Source: Psilocybe cubensis
Lineage: Eukaryota
Direction: 5' to 3'
DNA: 64,000 nucleotides
Assembly (NCBI GenBank): GCA_017499595.2
Contig: CM039005.1
Coordinates: 2,108,001-2,172,000 of the forward strand
Position numbers and translations under genes: made by a program. Below, one piece after another: positions 26,455 through 39,945 of the stretch. The first letter of the stretch is position 1, and every line of letters starts with the position of its first letter. The notes beneath the pieces were generated by a model that worked only from the letters and a program-made list of their open reading frames with translations, was not told the origin of the DNA and made no database searches.

Positions 26455-27792
26455 ATGCCTTCCATCTCCTCCATCTTCGTTGCAGTCCTATTTGTCTCTA
26501 CCTTCCTTCAAGTCTCTGTGTTGGGTAGTGAAGATACGAATGGAAGTGCTGATGACGAGTCTGATGCCAACATTGGCGGGCGTAGGCCGTGCGGAACACT
26601 ACTGGAGCGCAGTGAATGGTATTAACTTAAATGATTAAACAATGCCCTGATCACTGACCATACGTGCATTTAATATAGGAGGACCCTCACTGACAACCAA
26701 AAATCCGATTATATCAAGGCCATCAAATGCCTGCAGAGCAAGCCCGCTCTCCAGCCAGTCATCAAGGAAGCGAAGACCCGATTCGATGAATTCCAAGCCT
26801 ATCACATTGCAATTGCCGACACGGTTCACCTAGTGGTATGCTCACCAAATTATTTTGAAGAACCGGAACATTAAATTGCAGTATAACAGGGCCAATTTCT
26901 TCCGTGGCACAGATTATTTGTGAAATCGTACGAAACTGCACTTCGCGAAGAGTGTGGTTACAAAGGCGCCAATCCGTAGGCAGGTTAGCCACATCGACAT
27001 ACATCATGCTGACGCATGTGTGTCATATAGCTACTGGGACTGGTCACAGGATGCTGCTGAGTAAGTCCTAAACAGTGTCTCTTAACTATTCTTCAATACT
27101 AAAGAAAACCTCAGGTTTGCACAATCTCCTGTTTTTGACCCTGTTACTGGATTTGGTGGTGATGGTGTTCCCGGGACATACACCCTTCCACCCTATGGAA
27201 ATGATTCCAAGATATATGACCCTCATATGTTTGTAGGATGCGTCCAGAATGGCCCTTTTGCACAATATCCCCTCAGCATCGGACCCGGGAAACTTGTCAC
27301 TGATCATTGCCTTACTCGCGGTATAAATAACACATATAGTTCGAAGTATCTCAGCGCCGCAGCGGTAGCTCTCGCCACGCGCCTTCCTACTTTTGAACTT
27401 TTCCATGTTCAACTTGAAGGAGAACCACTCACACCTGACCATGGAATCCATGACGGTGGACACATTGCCATCGGAGGAGAAATGAGCAACTTTTACTCTA
27501 GCCCTGGAGGTAAGCCCCACTAAGTCTCGACTTTCGGCCATCCACCTGATCGCGCATTTGTTCAGACCCTGTCTTCTACCTTCATCACTCCAACTTGGAC
27601 CGCGTGTGGTGGAATTGGCAACAGGCATTACCTCAACGCCTGTATGAAATCTCCGGCCGGTCAACAACCACACCGCCATTCAAAAACGTTACCCTTGACT
27701 ATACACTACTCATGGGTAATCTTGGAGAGACGCGCCCTATACGTGATGTTATGGATATTCACAGCGAGCCTCTGTGCTATACCTACGTCTGA
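26455..27792 (+). CDS. Secreted tyrosinase-like di-copper protein with no C-terminal shielding domain
   Basis: Signal-peptide-like MPSISSIFVAVLFV. CuA region FDEFQAYH...VHLVGQFLPWHR, PYWDW, CuB region HDGGHIAIGG...[23 protein letters not shown]. Ends LCYTYV. Confidence 0.88.
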
Positions 27793-28528
27793 TACACCTT
27801 TCGGCACAATACCCTATAATACCTCTGCCGCACTGTTAAGTTACAATACCACTCTTACTCTAGCATACCTCTTCGTTTTCTTGTGTCTTCTATTTGTTGT
27901 TAATTTTGAATCAATGGATTCTTGTTGTTTGATCCCTTGATATGTCAATGACGAGCGAACCAGACCCGCGTAGCCATGCTATCACACCGACTCCATCGTT
28001 CGTCACGCGTGATAGCAGGAGAATATGAGCGACACCGTGGGATTCACGAGGATTAAATATAAACGACCTAAAATAAGCATGCACAGACCTCTATATTTAT
28101 TCTAGTATTTCTACAGATCAGTGTTTCTAACAATTCAATACAGTGATGTGTTGGCTCACTGCACTTCCCAACACGATCAAATAGGGGCGACGTGATTGCG
28201 CATGTGACCTTTGAATCTAAGTTTAAACCCAGCCAGATACAGCCGTTCGGCAACGCACTTCAAAATTGAAACTTTGGTTTGATTCGATTTTATGCGAATA
28301 CATGAAGACATAAAATCTCCGTGTATGATATACATTCTACCACAATGACGGTTTAAGTTGACAATGATCAAATAAAATTAATATAGTAATACTCGAAGTT
28401 GTCCGAGGTCAACCGAACACGACGGTGAATCCTATCTCTACTCAAAATCTATCCAATACATATAAATGTTAATGACTGTTTTATAAACTACTATTTGAGC
28501 CCCGCAATAGCAAACCGTAGACAATGAT

Positions 28529-29950
28529 TTACTGTGTCTCGAGCCTCTCCATTTCAGAGCCGCCCTTCTCTGATACAAATTGCTCAGAAAGCATCATTCC
28601 GGGATGGAAAATATTGAGGGTATAAATGGCTAAGACTACCATTGCTCCATCGAGGACATCTGGATACAGTGTCAGAATTTTCATTCAATCTTGGGGAATT
28701 AAAACCCACTGAAGTAAAGCTCTGTTTGAATAATTCTCCCATTCCAACCATCAGTGAGCTCAATGATTCGATAGATAGCTCTAATGCGAGTGTTAGATAC
28801 ACTCTTTTATTTGCGAGTTTACGTACCGAATAAATAAGACCGTAGTGCTAAAGACTAGCGCATAGCACATGAGTTGAATTCTGATTGTCAAGTCTCCACG
28901 CCCAATGGAGTGTCCCGTGCGGAATATATTTCTTGGAGATCGTATCCCAGCAGGAAAGGGGATTCCGTACGTGTATCGGTAACCAAATTCAATTGCGCAA
29001 GCGCAGAAGACCAATATAATGACTGGAGAAGCAGGTTAATCAATCATATCGTATAATGATAAAGTGTAGATGAATACCTAATTGAAATATAATTCCTCCA
29101 AGCATGATATGTGCACCCTGTCATATAACGATTAACTATGAATGAAATAAGAGCGTTTAGATAATTAAATACTCGCCATTTCAGCGCCATCCGGGCCATC
29201 CGAGGACGCTGCCAACCCACCTCCCACACCCTGAACCACTAGCGAAACAACGTCCTAAGTGACATATGAGCCTTTGGTCAAGTGATGCAAGGAATACTTA
29301 GAGGAAACTTACACAAGACGTAAATATGATTGTGTCTGGAAAGGAGAATCAGAGATAGCTGTAAAGAGCTGTAAAAGAAGGTGCATACATAATCTAGGGT
29401 TCAGGCGACTGTACATAGGCCCGAGAATTTTGATAATATCGCCAAAGATGATGAAACTAGCGGCCAAAAGGGGAGTGGGTGCAATGATAGTGCAGGTTAT
29501 TCTTAACAGCCGCTAGCGTCAGCTGAGAAGAATCCATTGGACTGCATGTAAACTCACTGCATCTGAAATGGGGAGTCTAAGAGAGGGGAGAAAGATGACC
29601 ACAGGCGTCCTGACCATCCTGCAAGCTCTATAACTCCACACAAACAAGCGGTATACAGGAGCCACCATTTACGGTAGTGGCTTGCTTGCCAACCATGAAT
29701 GACTGGTTCGACAATATAAAGTTAGCCGAGTAAATAAAGGCCAGGCTGGTGAAAGACTACGCTTACCTGTAGACGCCGTGAAGAGAGACAGAAATATTAT
29801 GGCAACGGTTCTAGACGGGACATAACCATAAGGGTTATCCGAATCGTTGCCGTCGATGTGGTCTACCACTGTTGAGATTGTTAAACAAAGTCACAATCTA
29901 TACATGTTTGAAATGGATGACAGACCTGTTCCATTACCAGTTAGTGACAT
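28529..29950 (-). CDS. RTA1: RTA1-like multi-pass membrane protein (lipid-translocating/resistance family)
   Basis: NPYGYVPSRTVAIIFLSLF, later exons with IIAPTPLLAASFIIFG and LVVQGVGGGLA, C-terminal YRTIELIDGWNG and HPG motifs. ATG at 29950 (MSLTGNGT). Confidence 0.85.
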
Positions 29951-30877
29951 TGTAGCTTAAAGTGAGAACAAACAATGAATATATGAGATGAACTGAAGGA
30001 AGGAAAAGAGAACGAGAAGGAGAAAAAAATAGATGTTGAGAAGATGTATGAAACTGACCTTTATGTAGGGATTTACTGGAGCCCTTTTCGGCAAATAAGG
30101 ACACCGCGCTTGTAAAGTAATGAGGTAGAATGTCTGGCGCAGTAGCTATTGTCGCAGTACATATTCCCATATAGGCTTAAACTACGGGGATTGTTGCGTA
30201 GATGACGCTCTAAATGGTCAATATCTCTATAAAACATTGTATATAGTCAAAGAACATGAGTGATCTCGGTCAACAGCCGTGCTGGATCAATTCCGTACTG
30301 AGTCATTATAGCTTACTATTTTTAGCTGCGGTCGACTGGTCGTAGCAAAGGTAGTGTTGGTCTAATGGGCAGTAATAGTTGTGGCATCCCGACTGTCTAA
30401 ATCCATAGAAATACATGCAGCAGACTAGTAAAGGTCCACAATTAAAAATCTTTATATCAGAGTGTCAGTCCAATATCGTTTTACTGCCAAACTTGAATCC
30501 CATGCCAATCTCACTGTGCTCTACTCAACAAAACTTCAAAGTCCAGCTTGTCCTATTGGAAGCCATATAACTTCTCGGACTTCTTCATCTTATCGCAGTT
30601 TAACGCTGAGCACCAAGGAAGAAGTGCAAATGCAAGCCTAACCATGTTGTTGCGACGTGTGGATCGGCTTACTACTATATATTTTATCTAATCTACTCAT
30701 TCTCACGTGTCCTTCAATGGTTAGTCATCGTTAGTCAGCTTGCGAGTTGGACGGCGGGCAAGTCAACGTTTACATTGTTGATCAATCCGTGTTAAGTACT
30801 TACCAATGCTCTTCAAACCGTCCTAATAATACGACTGAAATTGTGCTTTAACAACTCTATCGCTCAGTAACATTCCC

Positions 30878-33800
30878 ATGGATGCACAACCTCCAAAAAT
30901 CAATGAATCAGCCTTAGAGGTTCCGAAACAACTTCAGAAACGGAGGCGACGATTGCGTGGTGCTTGTGATAAATGTCGAATCAAGAAAGGTGTGCCATTT
31001 TTAGTCAGACGCATATTCAATTGCGACTCAGAGATATCCTCTCACTAGTCAAATGTATGTTTATCTCTTCATTTATGAAGATGAGGTGTAAAGAACCCAC
31101 GTACTATCGCAGGCGACAGCGCAGAAATGGGTGAAAAGGGGTGTACTAACTGTCAACTGTCAGATGTTCAGTGTAGTCACGACCTACCTCATCATCATAA
31201 GGTATTCCCCGCACAGTTAATCTTAAGCTTTTGCTAATCGAATCTGTTATGAGAAAACGGAGATGCAGCAAGCTGCGTACGTTTGATCATAAGCCACTTC
31301 TGACACCTGTTGTTTTGAACTGTGCTTCAAGATACATTCAGATCCTCGAGGGGAGGATACAGGCTCTGGAGGAATGCATTGAAAAGGTCTGCCGGCTTAA
31401 TGTGATATTGAAATTGGAATTTATCATTTTTACAGTTGCGGCGCGACGCAAATAAAGAATCTTGTACCACATCTCCAGATACTAATCCTTCACCTACTGC
31501 AACTCAGGGGCCAGATGCCGCTCTAAGCTGTTTATACGCACAAGACCCACAAATTCAGTCTGTTCCCTTTGATAACGGTGTTTCCTCGGCCACATTGGCA
31601 GAGGAAACTGAAATTCCTGAAACTGGTGACCTTGCTCATGTTGCACTTGCTCAAGACATGACGAAATTATCCATGAGTCCAGGAAGTACAGATCGATTTT
31701 TTGGACAAGCCAGGTTGGTTCTCCATGTTATTACTTGTGCGGCGATCTATAATTTTTTCCACAGTGTTTTCATGTTCGCCAGGGATGTATACATTGTCAG
31801 AGAGTCTGTCACTGGAGATAACGCAGGCCTAGATCCTAAACAACATCGTAGACTCACTTTTTGGGACACTAGGCCTGTACGTCGCTTGACTTCTTTCTAC
31901 TCTTCTATATTCACGACTGTTAAGCTAATCATCATTTTCTTTGAGTGGGAGGTATCTTTTGTCACTGCGTCGGAAGAACATTATGTTTATCCTGAGGAAG
32001 ACTTGTTGCTTAACCTTGTGGAACTTTACTTCGAGAAAACAAATAGCATGATCCCGGTTCTTCATCGGCCAACTTTTATGAAATCTCTATGTCTTCGACA
32101 GCACCATTGGGATCCATCATTTGGAATGATAGTTCTTTTGGTTTGTGCGCTTGGTTCGAAGTACTCACAGGACCCACGCGTAAATGAACCTGACGATTCC
32201 TCTGGGCTATCATCTGGCTGGAAATACTTCAGTCAAGTTCCTATACATCGGAAAGTCATGCTAGTAAAGACGACTGTTTATGACTTACAATATTTCAGTG
32301 TAAGTGGACACCCTTTTTATCCACTGTTCGCAACCTCGAAATTAACGAGATAACAGCTTGCTGCACAATACCTTATGAGCACATCAATGCCACAAGCGTC
32401 TTGGGACGTCTTAGGAATCGGCTTACGATACGCTCTGGAGCAGGGTGCACACCGTCGTAAAGGTCAAAATCAAACACGCTCCGCCGAAAACGAATTGCGA
32501 AAGAGAGCCTTCTGGTTTGGGTTACTCCTTTTTTTGCTGAAGGATACCAACGCTACGTTTTAGGGCCATAGTCTGCCTTGATCGAATTGGAAGCTCATTT
32601 CTAGGTCGCCCGTGTGCTTTCCCCCATGAAACGTGCGTTTTCTGAAAGATTATATGTAGTGCACAAATTGTCACTTCATCTTACCTCTTCGTGGATAGAT
32701 TTGATGTTGAGTATCCCGTGGAATGCGATGATGAATATTGGGAGACGGACGATCCAGCGCTGGCATTCCAACAGCCAGCAGGAAAGCCATGTTCTATCAC
32801 CGGTTTCGTTTGTTTGATCAAACTATGTGAAATCCTTGGGTTTGTACTTCGAACCCTGTATTCCAATAAAAAATCGAGGCTTCTTTCGGGCTTCGTTGGT
32901 AATGATTGGGAGGGACGCATGGTTGCTGCTTTAGATTCGGCCATGAACGAATGGAAAGATTCCCTCCCTGACTACCGTATGCCAATTTCTTATTTTTACT
33001 ACGGTTTTACTGATTAAACATTATTAGTACATTGGGACCCTGACAGGCCGAATTCTCTTTTCTTTCATCAGTCAGTAAACCTGCACGCGACGTACTACTA
33101 TGTACAAATGCAGATGCATCGTCAGTTCTTAACCAAGAAAAATTCAATTACTTTCACTTCATTGGCTATGTGCTCGAATGCTGCAAGAGCATGTGCCCGT
33201 GTTTTAGAGGCAGGAATGACTAGGGGTCTTCGTGTGCTGCCGAACACGATGGTGTGTTCGCCTACTTTTGTTGACTCACAGCATTTCATGTGTCGAACTG
33301 AACCGTGGTTCGTCCAGATTGCCGCCTTTACTGCGGGAGTGCTCATGGTACTCGCTTTCTACGGTGGTCAATGTGCAGAAACTGAATACATTAGCAATCC
33401 CGAAGAGGAAAAAAGCATCTACAACAAGTGTGTTAATGTTCTCAAGGAGTGTGAAAGAAGGTAAGTATGTTTCCTTGACCCCGGCGCGATATTCACGCTC
33501 TGCGTTGGTAGGTGGCACCCAGCAGGCCGACTGCGGTAAGGTGTCTGACTATTGATTAGTTTGTGATGTGCTTACACGCGCGACATAGTGATATATTGAA
33601 TGAGGTTGGCACTTTGAATCAATATTTCCCCGTTCCCGCAGCTTCGAATCGGAAGCGCCGTCGTCACTTATTTGATGCAGAATTCTCAGCACAGCCATCT
33701 ATCTCTTCAGCTGGGACTTCAAATCATCCGCAGCACGTCACTCCGGATACCTCATCGTCAACGTCGACTTGTAGTGAAGAAATGCTACCATATGATTCGG

Positions 33801-34100
33801 ACCTTCAAAACTTGATGCTTGCTGAAATGGGTTATGTACCAGGAGACTTCAAGGAAGGTGTGCAAGACTGCGCAGACTTGAATAGCGATACAACCGACAA
33901 CTCATGCAACATTCCACCTTCTGATGATTTGACGCTGGGAGCAGACATGTTTGGGATGTGGTTGGAGCTAGTCTCTGCATCAAGCAAGTATGGCTTGTTC
34001 CCTTAACCCTGAAGCTTGAAGGCTGATAGCTGATTACTTCCTTAGCATCGATAACTTGGATGCATATCTTGCCACTAGTATGAGTCAGTCTCTTCCATGA
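30878..34100 (+). CDS. Zn(II)2Cys6 transcription factor with Fungal_trans middle homology region (paralog 1)
   Basis: RRLRGACDKCRIKKVKCDSA...CTNC....QCSH, PVLHRPTF, LRKRAFWAIVCLDRIGSSFLGRP and PVECDDEYW. Confidence 0.88.
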
Positions 34101-34756
34101 GCATTCAGTATATATCGGTACTTGCATCTGTAACCTTCGTGGATGATATCAGTAGATCAAACTCTGAATGCTGAGAGGTCGCCTAGGCGACGAAGTATAG
34201 CAGTAGGACCAGCGATCCTGATTTCCAGAGTAAATCTCATGTCTCAAGGGGATAGCAGCCGGCCGCGTCATGATATCACGATTTCGATACACTTGGTTAC
34301 TTTAAATTAAAATACTTTTATACCATCCACCTGTGCATGAACAGTGTATAAATAATAATCATATTCTCTGTAGTGTCTAAGGGTTCATTCTTCAATACGG
34401 CGTTAAGTAACAGATCTATTTATGTTGTCTTGAACGAAATCCTTGCAAAACGCACCGTTTTTGGCACTAGAGTTATCGTATCACGTACCAAGTAGATCGT
34501 CGTAGTATCTCAGACTGTGCACCTGCCATGAGCTGTGGCAGATTGTTTCTGAGGTTTTTGCCAAGTAACAATGATAAATGCCGGCAGGGCCGGATGGAAA
34601 GGCGCCTGGGACAACCCAAGAGTTGAATTGTTCGTTAAAAGCAAAATGGGTTCTGTAAAATTGGAAGAACTGTAGGCGAAACTCATGACTAATGGTCAAG
34701 TTTCTGAAGGTTGTGTATTGTAAGCTTATGTTTCGGGATAGAAGGGGGCGTAAAGT

Positions 34757-35987
34757 CATCGCCAAAACCGCCAAAACCTTGCCAGATAATATATTGTTAG
34801 TAAAGGCAGCTAAGGACACTAAGGCCGCTAAGATAATAAATAGCCTTACTTGTAAGCACTTACAAGTAAGGACATGTTATGATTAGTATTTTTGGTAATC
34901 CTTAGTAGATTCGGTCATCCTTAGTTGCCCTTAGTAGACCTTGGAAGGCAGGGCAAAAATTATTTAACATTTTGAAGAAGCTTCCTCTTTGACCGGTTTC
35001 CTGATTTGCTCTTCGATTTCTTCGGACATTGATTAATAAAATAGCAATAAAAAATATGTATTTTGAATCAACGGTAGCATTACAAATATAATTTATTTAC
35101 AACAACCGAATATTGGTCACACTGACTGATCATGAGAGGTGACATTATGAAATCACGTACAAACATACACCAAACACGGGTTCAGGATGGCGGAGGTCGT
35201 TGTCAGAGTGAGTGAAAGCCAGTGAGATCTTCCGACTCGTGTTGGGGTGAGGTACTCTAAAACCTAGAACCGACAATGGACTCGTCACAATAACATCAGT
35301 GATTCTTGAAGCTTGAAGGTTTGTTTGAAAAGAAACTTACTATTTCTGTGCCAGCATTAGAAAGTCAAAGGCAAGAGCAGGTGGGAGTAAGTGGAAAGGA
35401 GTTGATTGAGTGCTTGAAATTCGTGCGAGCGTCTTTAAAGTCAACGTCCCCAATTTCAGGGACCCCAATGTCTGACTTTGGTATCATGTGATCACTGACG
35501 GACTTCATCTTGAGGAGCGACCAATTTTGTATTTTTAATGTGTGACGATGCTGTAAAAAGTTGCTTCGACAATGCAAGCTTATTCTAAATATTTGATGGT
35601 CAATGAATTGTCCACAAATTTGTTGATCACTCTACAACACTTGTCTAAATGTTTGTTCGCTTTTTAATTTTCAAGTAAGGCTTGATAAACAAGAAAATTT
35701 TACACTAATGCTTTGGGTCTGAATGCATGACAAGACATATAATAGTCATAGAAAAGAAAGCAAAGCATATAATTCTTTTACACCATATGTATGATCAATT
35801 TTTTACCATTTTTTCAAATGAGAATTAATATTAAAATGGCACTCAAAGGTCAACAAATGATTGGCTGACCTTTCAAAGGCAATCCAAGGTCAATGAATAT
35901 TTTGATTGGCTAGGTTAGGTCACCTAATTCCGGACTTACCTTAAAAGGACACAAAGGCAATGCTTGTTTTTGGCGGTTTTCGCGATG
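34757..35987. mobile_element. Non-autonomous DNA transposon, 1231 bp, CMC/EnSpm-like (imperfect TIRs, 2-bp TSD GT)
   Basis: Left end CATCGCCAAAACCGCCAAAA; reverse complement of the right end CATCGCGAAAACCGCCAAAA. GT on both flanks, AT-rich interior with subterminal ccttag/ctaagg repeats, no transposase ORF. Confidence 0.75.
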
Positions 35988-36285
35988 GTATTCACGAAAA
36001 TTGTACCAGCCCAAATATAGCCATACCCTGGGCCCCACACTATCTCCAGATTCTCAACGGCCATCATGGCTCCTAGCTACTCGCGGCTACTCGTTGAGGT
36101 GGGATATAGGCTTAGGTGTTACGTAGTATAACATGGTTTGCTTCAGATAGGCAAGTAGTGTGTGTTCTGAGCGTTGTAGAATTTGATTATTCCCACGACG
36201 ATTTCTAACCTTAGACGTCTTCACTATTAGTATAAGTAGCGATCAAGAAGGTCCGGCTTTGTCCTCTTCTTCTCCCTTCAAAACC

Positions 36286-39200
36286 ATGCCTCCTCGAAAG
36301 CCTTCAGCTGAGTCAGAAACTTCGGGATCTTCTCAAAATCCTCCAAAAGAGAAACGAAGGAGGCTCAGGGGAGCTTGTGACAAATGCCGCCTTAGAAAGA
36401 GTGAGTTGGCCAAACGTTCACGATAAAGAACGCCATTTGACATCTTGCGTTTATTTGTGAACCGTCCTATTTCTGCACTTTCTTCTTCAGCAAAATGTGA
36501 GTACTGCACTCCTGTTCTAGTGACAAATAATGACACTATGCAGGTGATAGCGCTGCAATGCCGGGGAACGTCTGCACTAATTGCATAGTTGCCAATCTTC
36601 GATGTACCCATGATTTACCAAATCATCGCAAGGTAGGTTGTTATAATTCTCTCAGAACTCAAACCAACCGGATATTGCTCAATAGAAGAAGGAGTTGCAA
36701 CAAGGAGGCTCTGCGTAGTCATCTTTACTGTTGTTTGGGTACGAGCAAACTAACAAGAACATCGACAGATACGTACAATGTCTAGAGACTAGAATCAAAA
36801 AGCTAGAGGGCTACATCATGCAGGTATTGATAAGCGGGTATCTTCATCGTTTCCAACCTGCTTATATAAGTGTCTACTCGAGATGCACCCAGGCGAGAAC
36901 GTCGATATCGACAGCCTGATCAGCGCTATTCCACCCTTTGACGAATATCGGATCAATGGGCGCTTCCAATCCTCGGGGTCAAAGCTGCCTCAATCCACCT
37001 TCGCGACTGGGATGGAGTCAACACCTTCAGAATGTTCAGACGAATCAGAGCCAGAGGATCTCTCCCATATAGCTCTAGCCGAGGATCTGAAGAAACTTCA
37101 TTCGCTCGCTACAGTCAATCGATATTTTGGGCCAGCTAGGTCTGTTCTCTCAACTTACCATTCGCTTGGATTACCTTCTGGATCTAGGACTAACCATATG
37201 ATACGTAGCGCTTTCATGTTTTTGAGACACGTTACGATTATTAGAAGTCAAATCACAGGCGAGAACTTCACAGGTCCAGATCCGAAAAAATACAGAAGGC
37301 ATATTTATTGGGAAGCTAGATCAGTAAGTCCCTACATTTTCATCAATCTCGGGTTTACAATGAACGAATTTCAGTGGGAAATGTCCTTTGTTACTTCATC
37401 GGAATTGGAAACTTGTTACGTTTTTCCTGATGATGACCTTCTTCAAGAATTAGTGGCACTATATTTTGAGAAAACCAACACCCTTATTCCCGTGCTACAT
37501 CGACCCTCCTTCATGAAATTACTTTCAGTGGGACAGCATCGATGGGACCCATCTTTTGGAATGATTGTTCTTTTGGTTTGTGCCATTGGAGCGAGATACT
37601 CACGGGATCCTCGCGTAGCGGTCCCTGATGATGATTCTGGCCTGTCAGCTGGCTGGCAGTACTTCTCCCAGGTTCCGGTGCATCGGAAAATGATGCTCTT
37701 CAGAACAACAATTCACGATTTACAATACTACTGCGTACGTTGGTGCTATTTATGAACCATCGATATCTTTTTAACTCTTCTCAGCTTGCGCCCATATATC
37801 TGCTAGGAACTGGCATCCCCCATGTAGGCTGGATTCTGGTGGGTGTGGGCCTCAGATTGGCGGTGGAGAAAGGTGCACACCGTCGTCATGGAGCAAACCG
37901 AAGTCCATCAGCCGAGACTGAGTTGCAAAAAAGAGCCTTTTGGTACAATTCCATTTTTATTCGACCAGTACCTGTGATAGACTAATCGAAGCAAAAAGGG
38001 GTCTTATTTGCCTTGATCGTGTCGGAAGCGCATTCTTTGGACGTCCGCTTGGGTTTCCAGATGAAACGTAGGCATGCCATTACAGTCGGATAGCATTTCT
38101 TTTCTTACGTTCGAGTTTGCTTTCGTTTTGCAGGATCGACGTGGAATACCCTATTGAATGTGATGATGAATACTGGGACGCTGAGGAGCCATTCCGTCAG
38201 CCTGAAGGGAAACCTTCTTTGGTTACTGCCTTTATTCACTTTATCAAGATCTGCGAAATCATGGGGAATGTGCTCAAGACCCTTTACTCAGAGAAAAAGT
38301 CGAAATTTCTTCCAAGCTTTGTTGGGAAAGAGTGGGAGGAAAAGGTAATTACAGAACTTGACTCGTCTATGAACAAGTGGAAGAACAATTTACCTGATCA
38401 CTGTGCGTTCAAAATCATTCATTTCTCGAGCTAAAACTGACTTATTGTCGAAGTGCAATGGGATCCCGATAGAAAGGATGCCGACTTCTTCCATCAATCC
38501 GTGAATCTTCACTGTATGTATCATTATGTTCAGATGCAGATTCACCGCCCTGCCCTTTTGAAAAAATCTCCATTGGGGTTCTCTTCCCTAACCATGTGCT
38601 CAATTGCTGCCCGATCGTGCGCTCGTGTCGTTGAGGCAGGCCTTCGAAGAGGCCTGCGAATCCTGCCTTGTACATTGGTACGTCAACATGCATTTTCCAT
38701 TACCATCTTCGAGTTTCCTGACATCCATTATTCCATAATGCGTAGGTTTCGACTTTTACAGCAGGAGTCGTCATAATTCTAGGACTATGGGGTGGTCCTT
38801 CTCTAGGTTATGTTGGAAATGCTGAAGAGGATACAGAATGTCTGCATAAGTGCGCCAACGTCTTGAAAGGAACAGAAGACAGGTTAGCTCACTTATCAAA
38901 TTTTAACGTGGTGGTATTAAGGCCCTTTTAGATGGCATTGTTCTGGCAGATTATGGTGAGGCCCTTACTGCTGAGCACTATTATATGGTACTCATACATC
39001 TTTTCAACCGGACCAATAGTGATATGCTGAATGAAGCGGCGTCAATGACCGAGTACAAGCCGTCTCAAAGACGTGACATGTCAGAGGCAGATGACATATC
39101 TATACCTCAGATTCCCATGTCGAACCTAAACTTGGACAAGGTGCCCCAACCAACTGTCAAAGACAACGCTTATATATTCGAAGACAATAATGGGTCAACA

Positions 39201-39518
39201 ATGAAGGGCTGGGACCTCCAAAGACTACTGCTGTCAGAGATGGGATATTTACCGGGAAATATCATGGAGGGTATTGAAGAAATCCCCGTTTCGACTGGTT
39301 ATGCCGACCAATTCGCCCACGCAGGAGTTGCAAGCGGTGTTAGCGGTGTACCACATATCAGTCCTGAAGCCAGTATAGCTGGACTATGGAACGGGCACTC
39401 TAATTCTTCCCAATGGTGAGCATTTCTCATCAGTTCAAATTAATAGAGGCTTATTATATCAACTTACAGGCTATCGCAAGAGTGGAGTGCTTACTTTGAC
39501 AGTATGAGTCAATCCTGA
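36286..39518 (+). CDS. Zn(II)2Cys6 transcription factor with Fungal_trans domain (paralog 2, tandem duplicate)
   Basis: RRLRGACDKCRLRKTKCDSAAMPGNVCTNCIVANLRCTH, PVLHRPSF, LQKRAFW and PIECDDEYW. Collinear exon structure with paralog 1. Confidence 0.88.
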
Positions 39519-39945
39519 GATGTATCATACGACTTGAGAAAAGGTGCACCAGCACATCTATCTATTCTGATCAACAAAGTACTATGTTTCGCTCCAATAT
39601 TTGTATCCTATGAATGTTATGTATGTAAACTTTATTCTGTACCCTGCCCTGTATCCTTAATTGTTTAATCACGAAATATAAGATGTTTAACAAATGTATA
39701 CGTTGTCAATAGTAGGAATAATTCCTAACAGCAAAGTGTACTAGTCGAAAGGGCGAAGTAAATTTATTAAGACTGATAGATAACCAGTAAGTCGCTTGTT
39801 TAGTATCATCTGAATATTTTAATAAGTTAGGTTTAGTCGCGCCTCACAAGGCAGCCTAAAGCTTGAGAAAGGATTCCGAATACTAGTCCACCCCTTGTGA
39901 GAACGATCACGTGAACATGGCTCATATCACCTCGCGTGCCCTTCA

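Noticed and set aside
34178-34191. 14-bp palindrome gtcgcctaggcgac downstream of TF paralog 1
   Set aside because: Short enough to occur by chance in 64 kb, with no supporting context.
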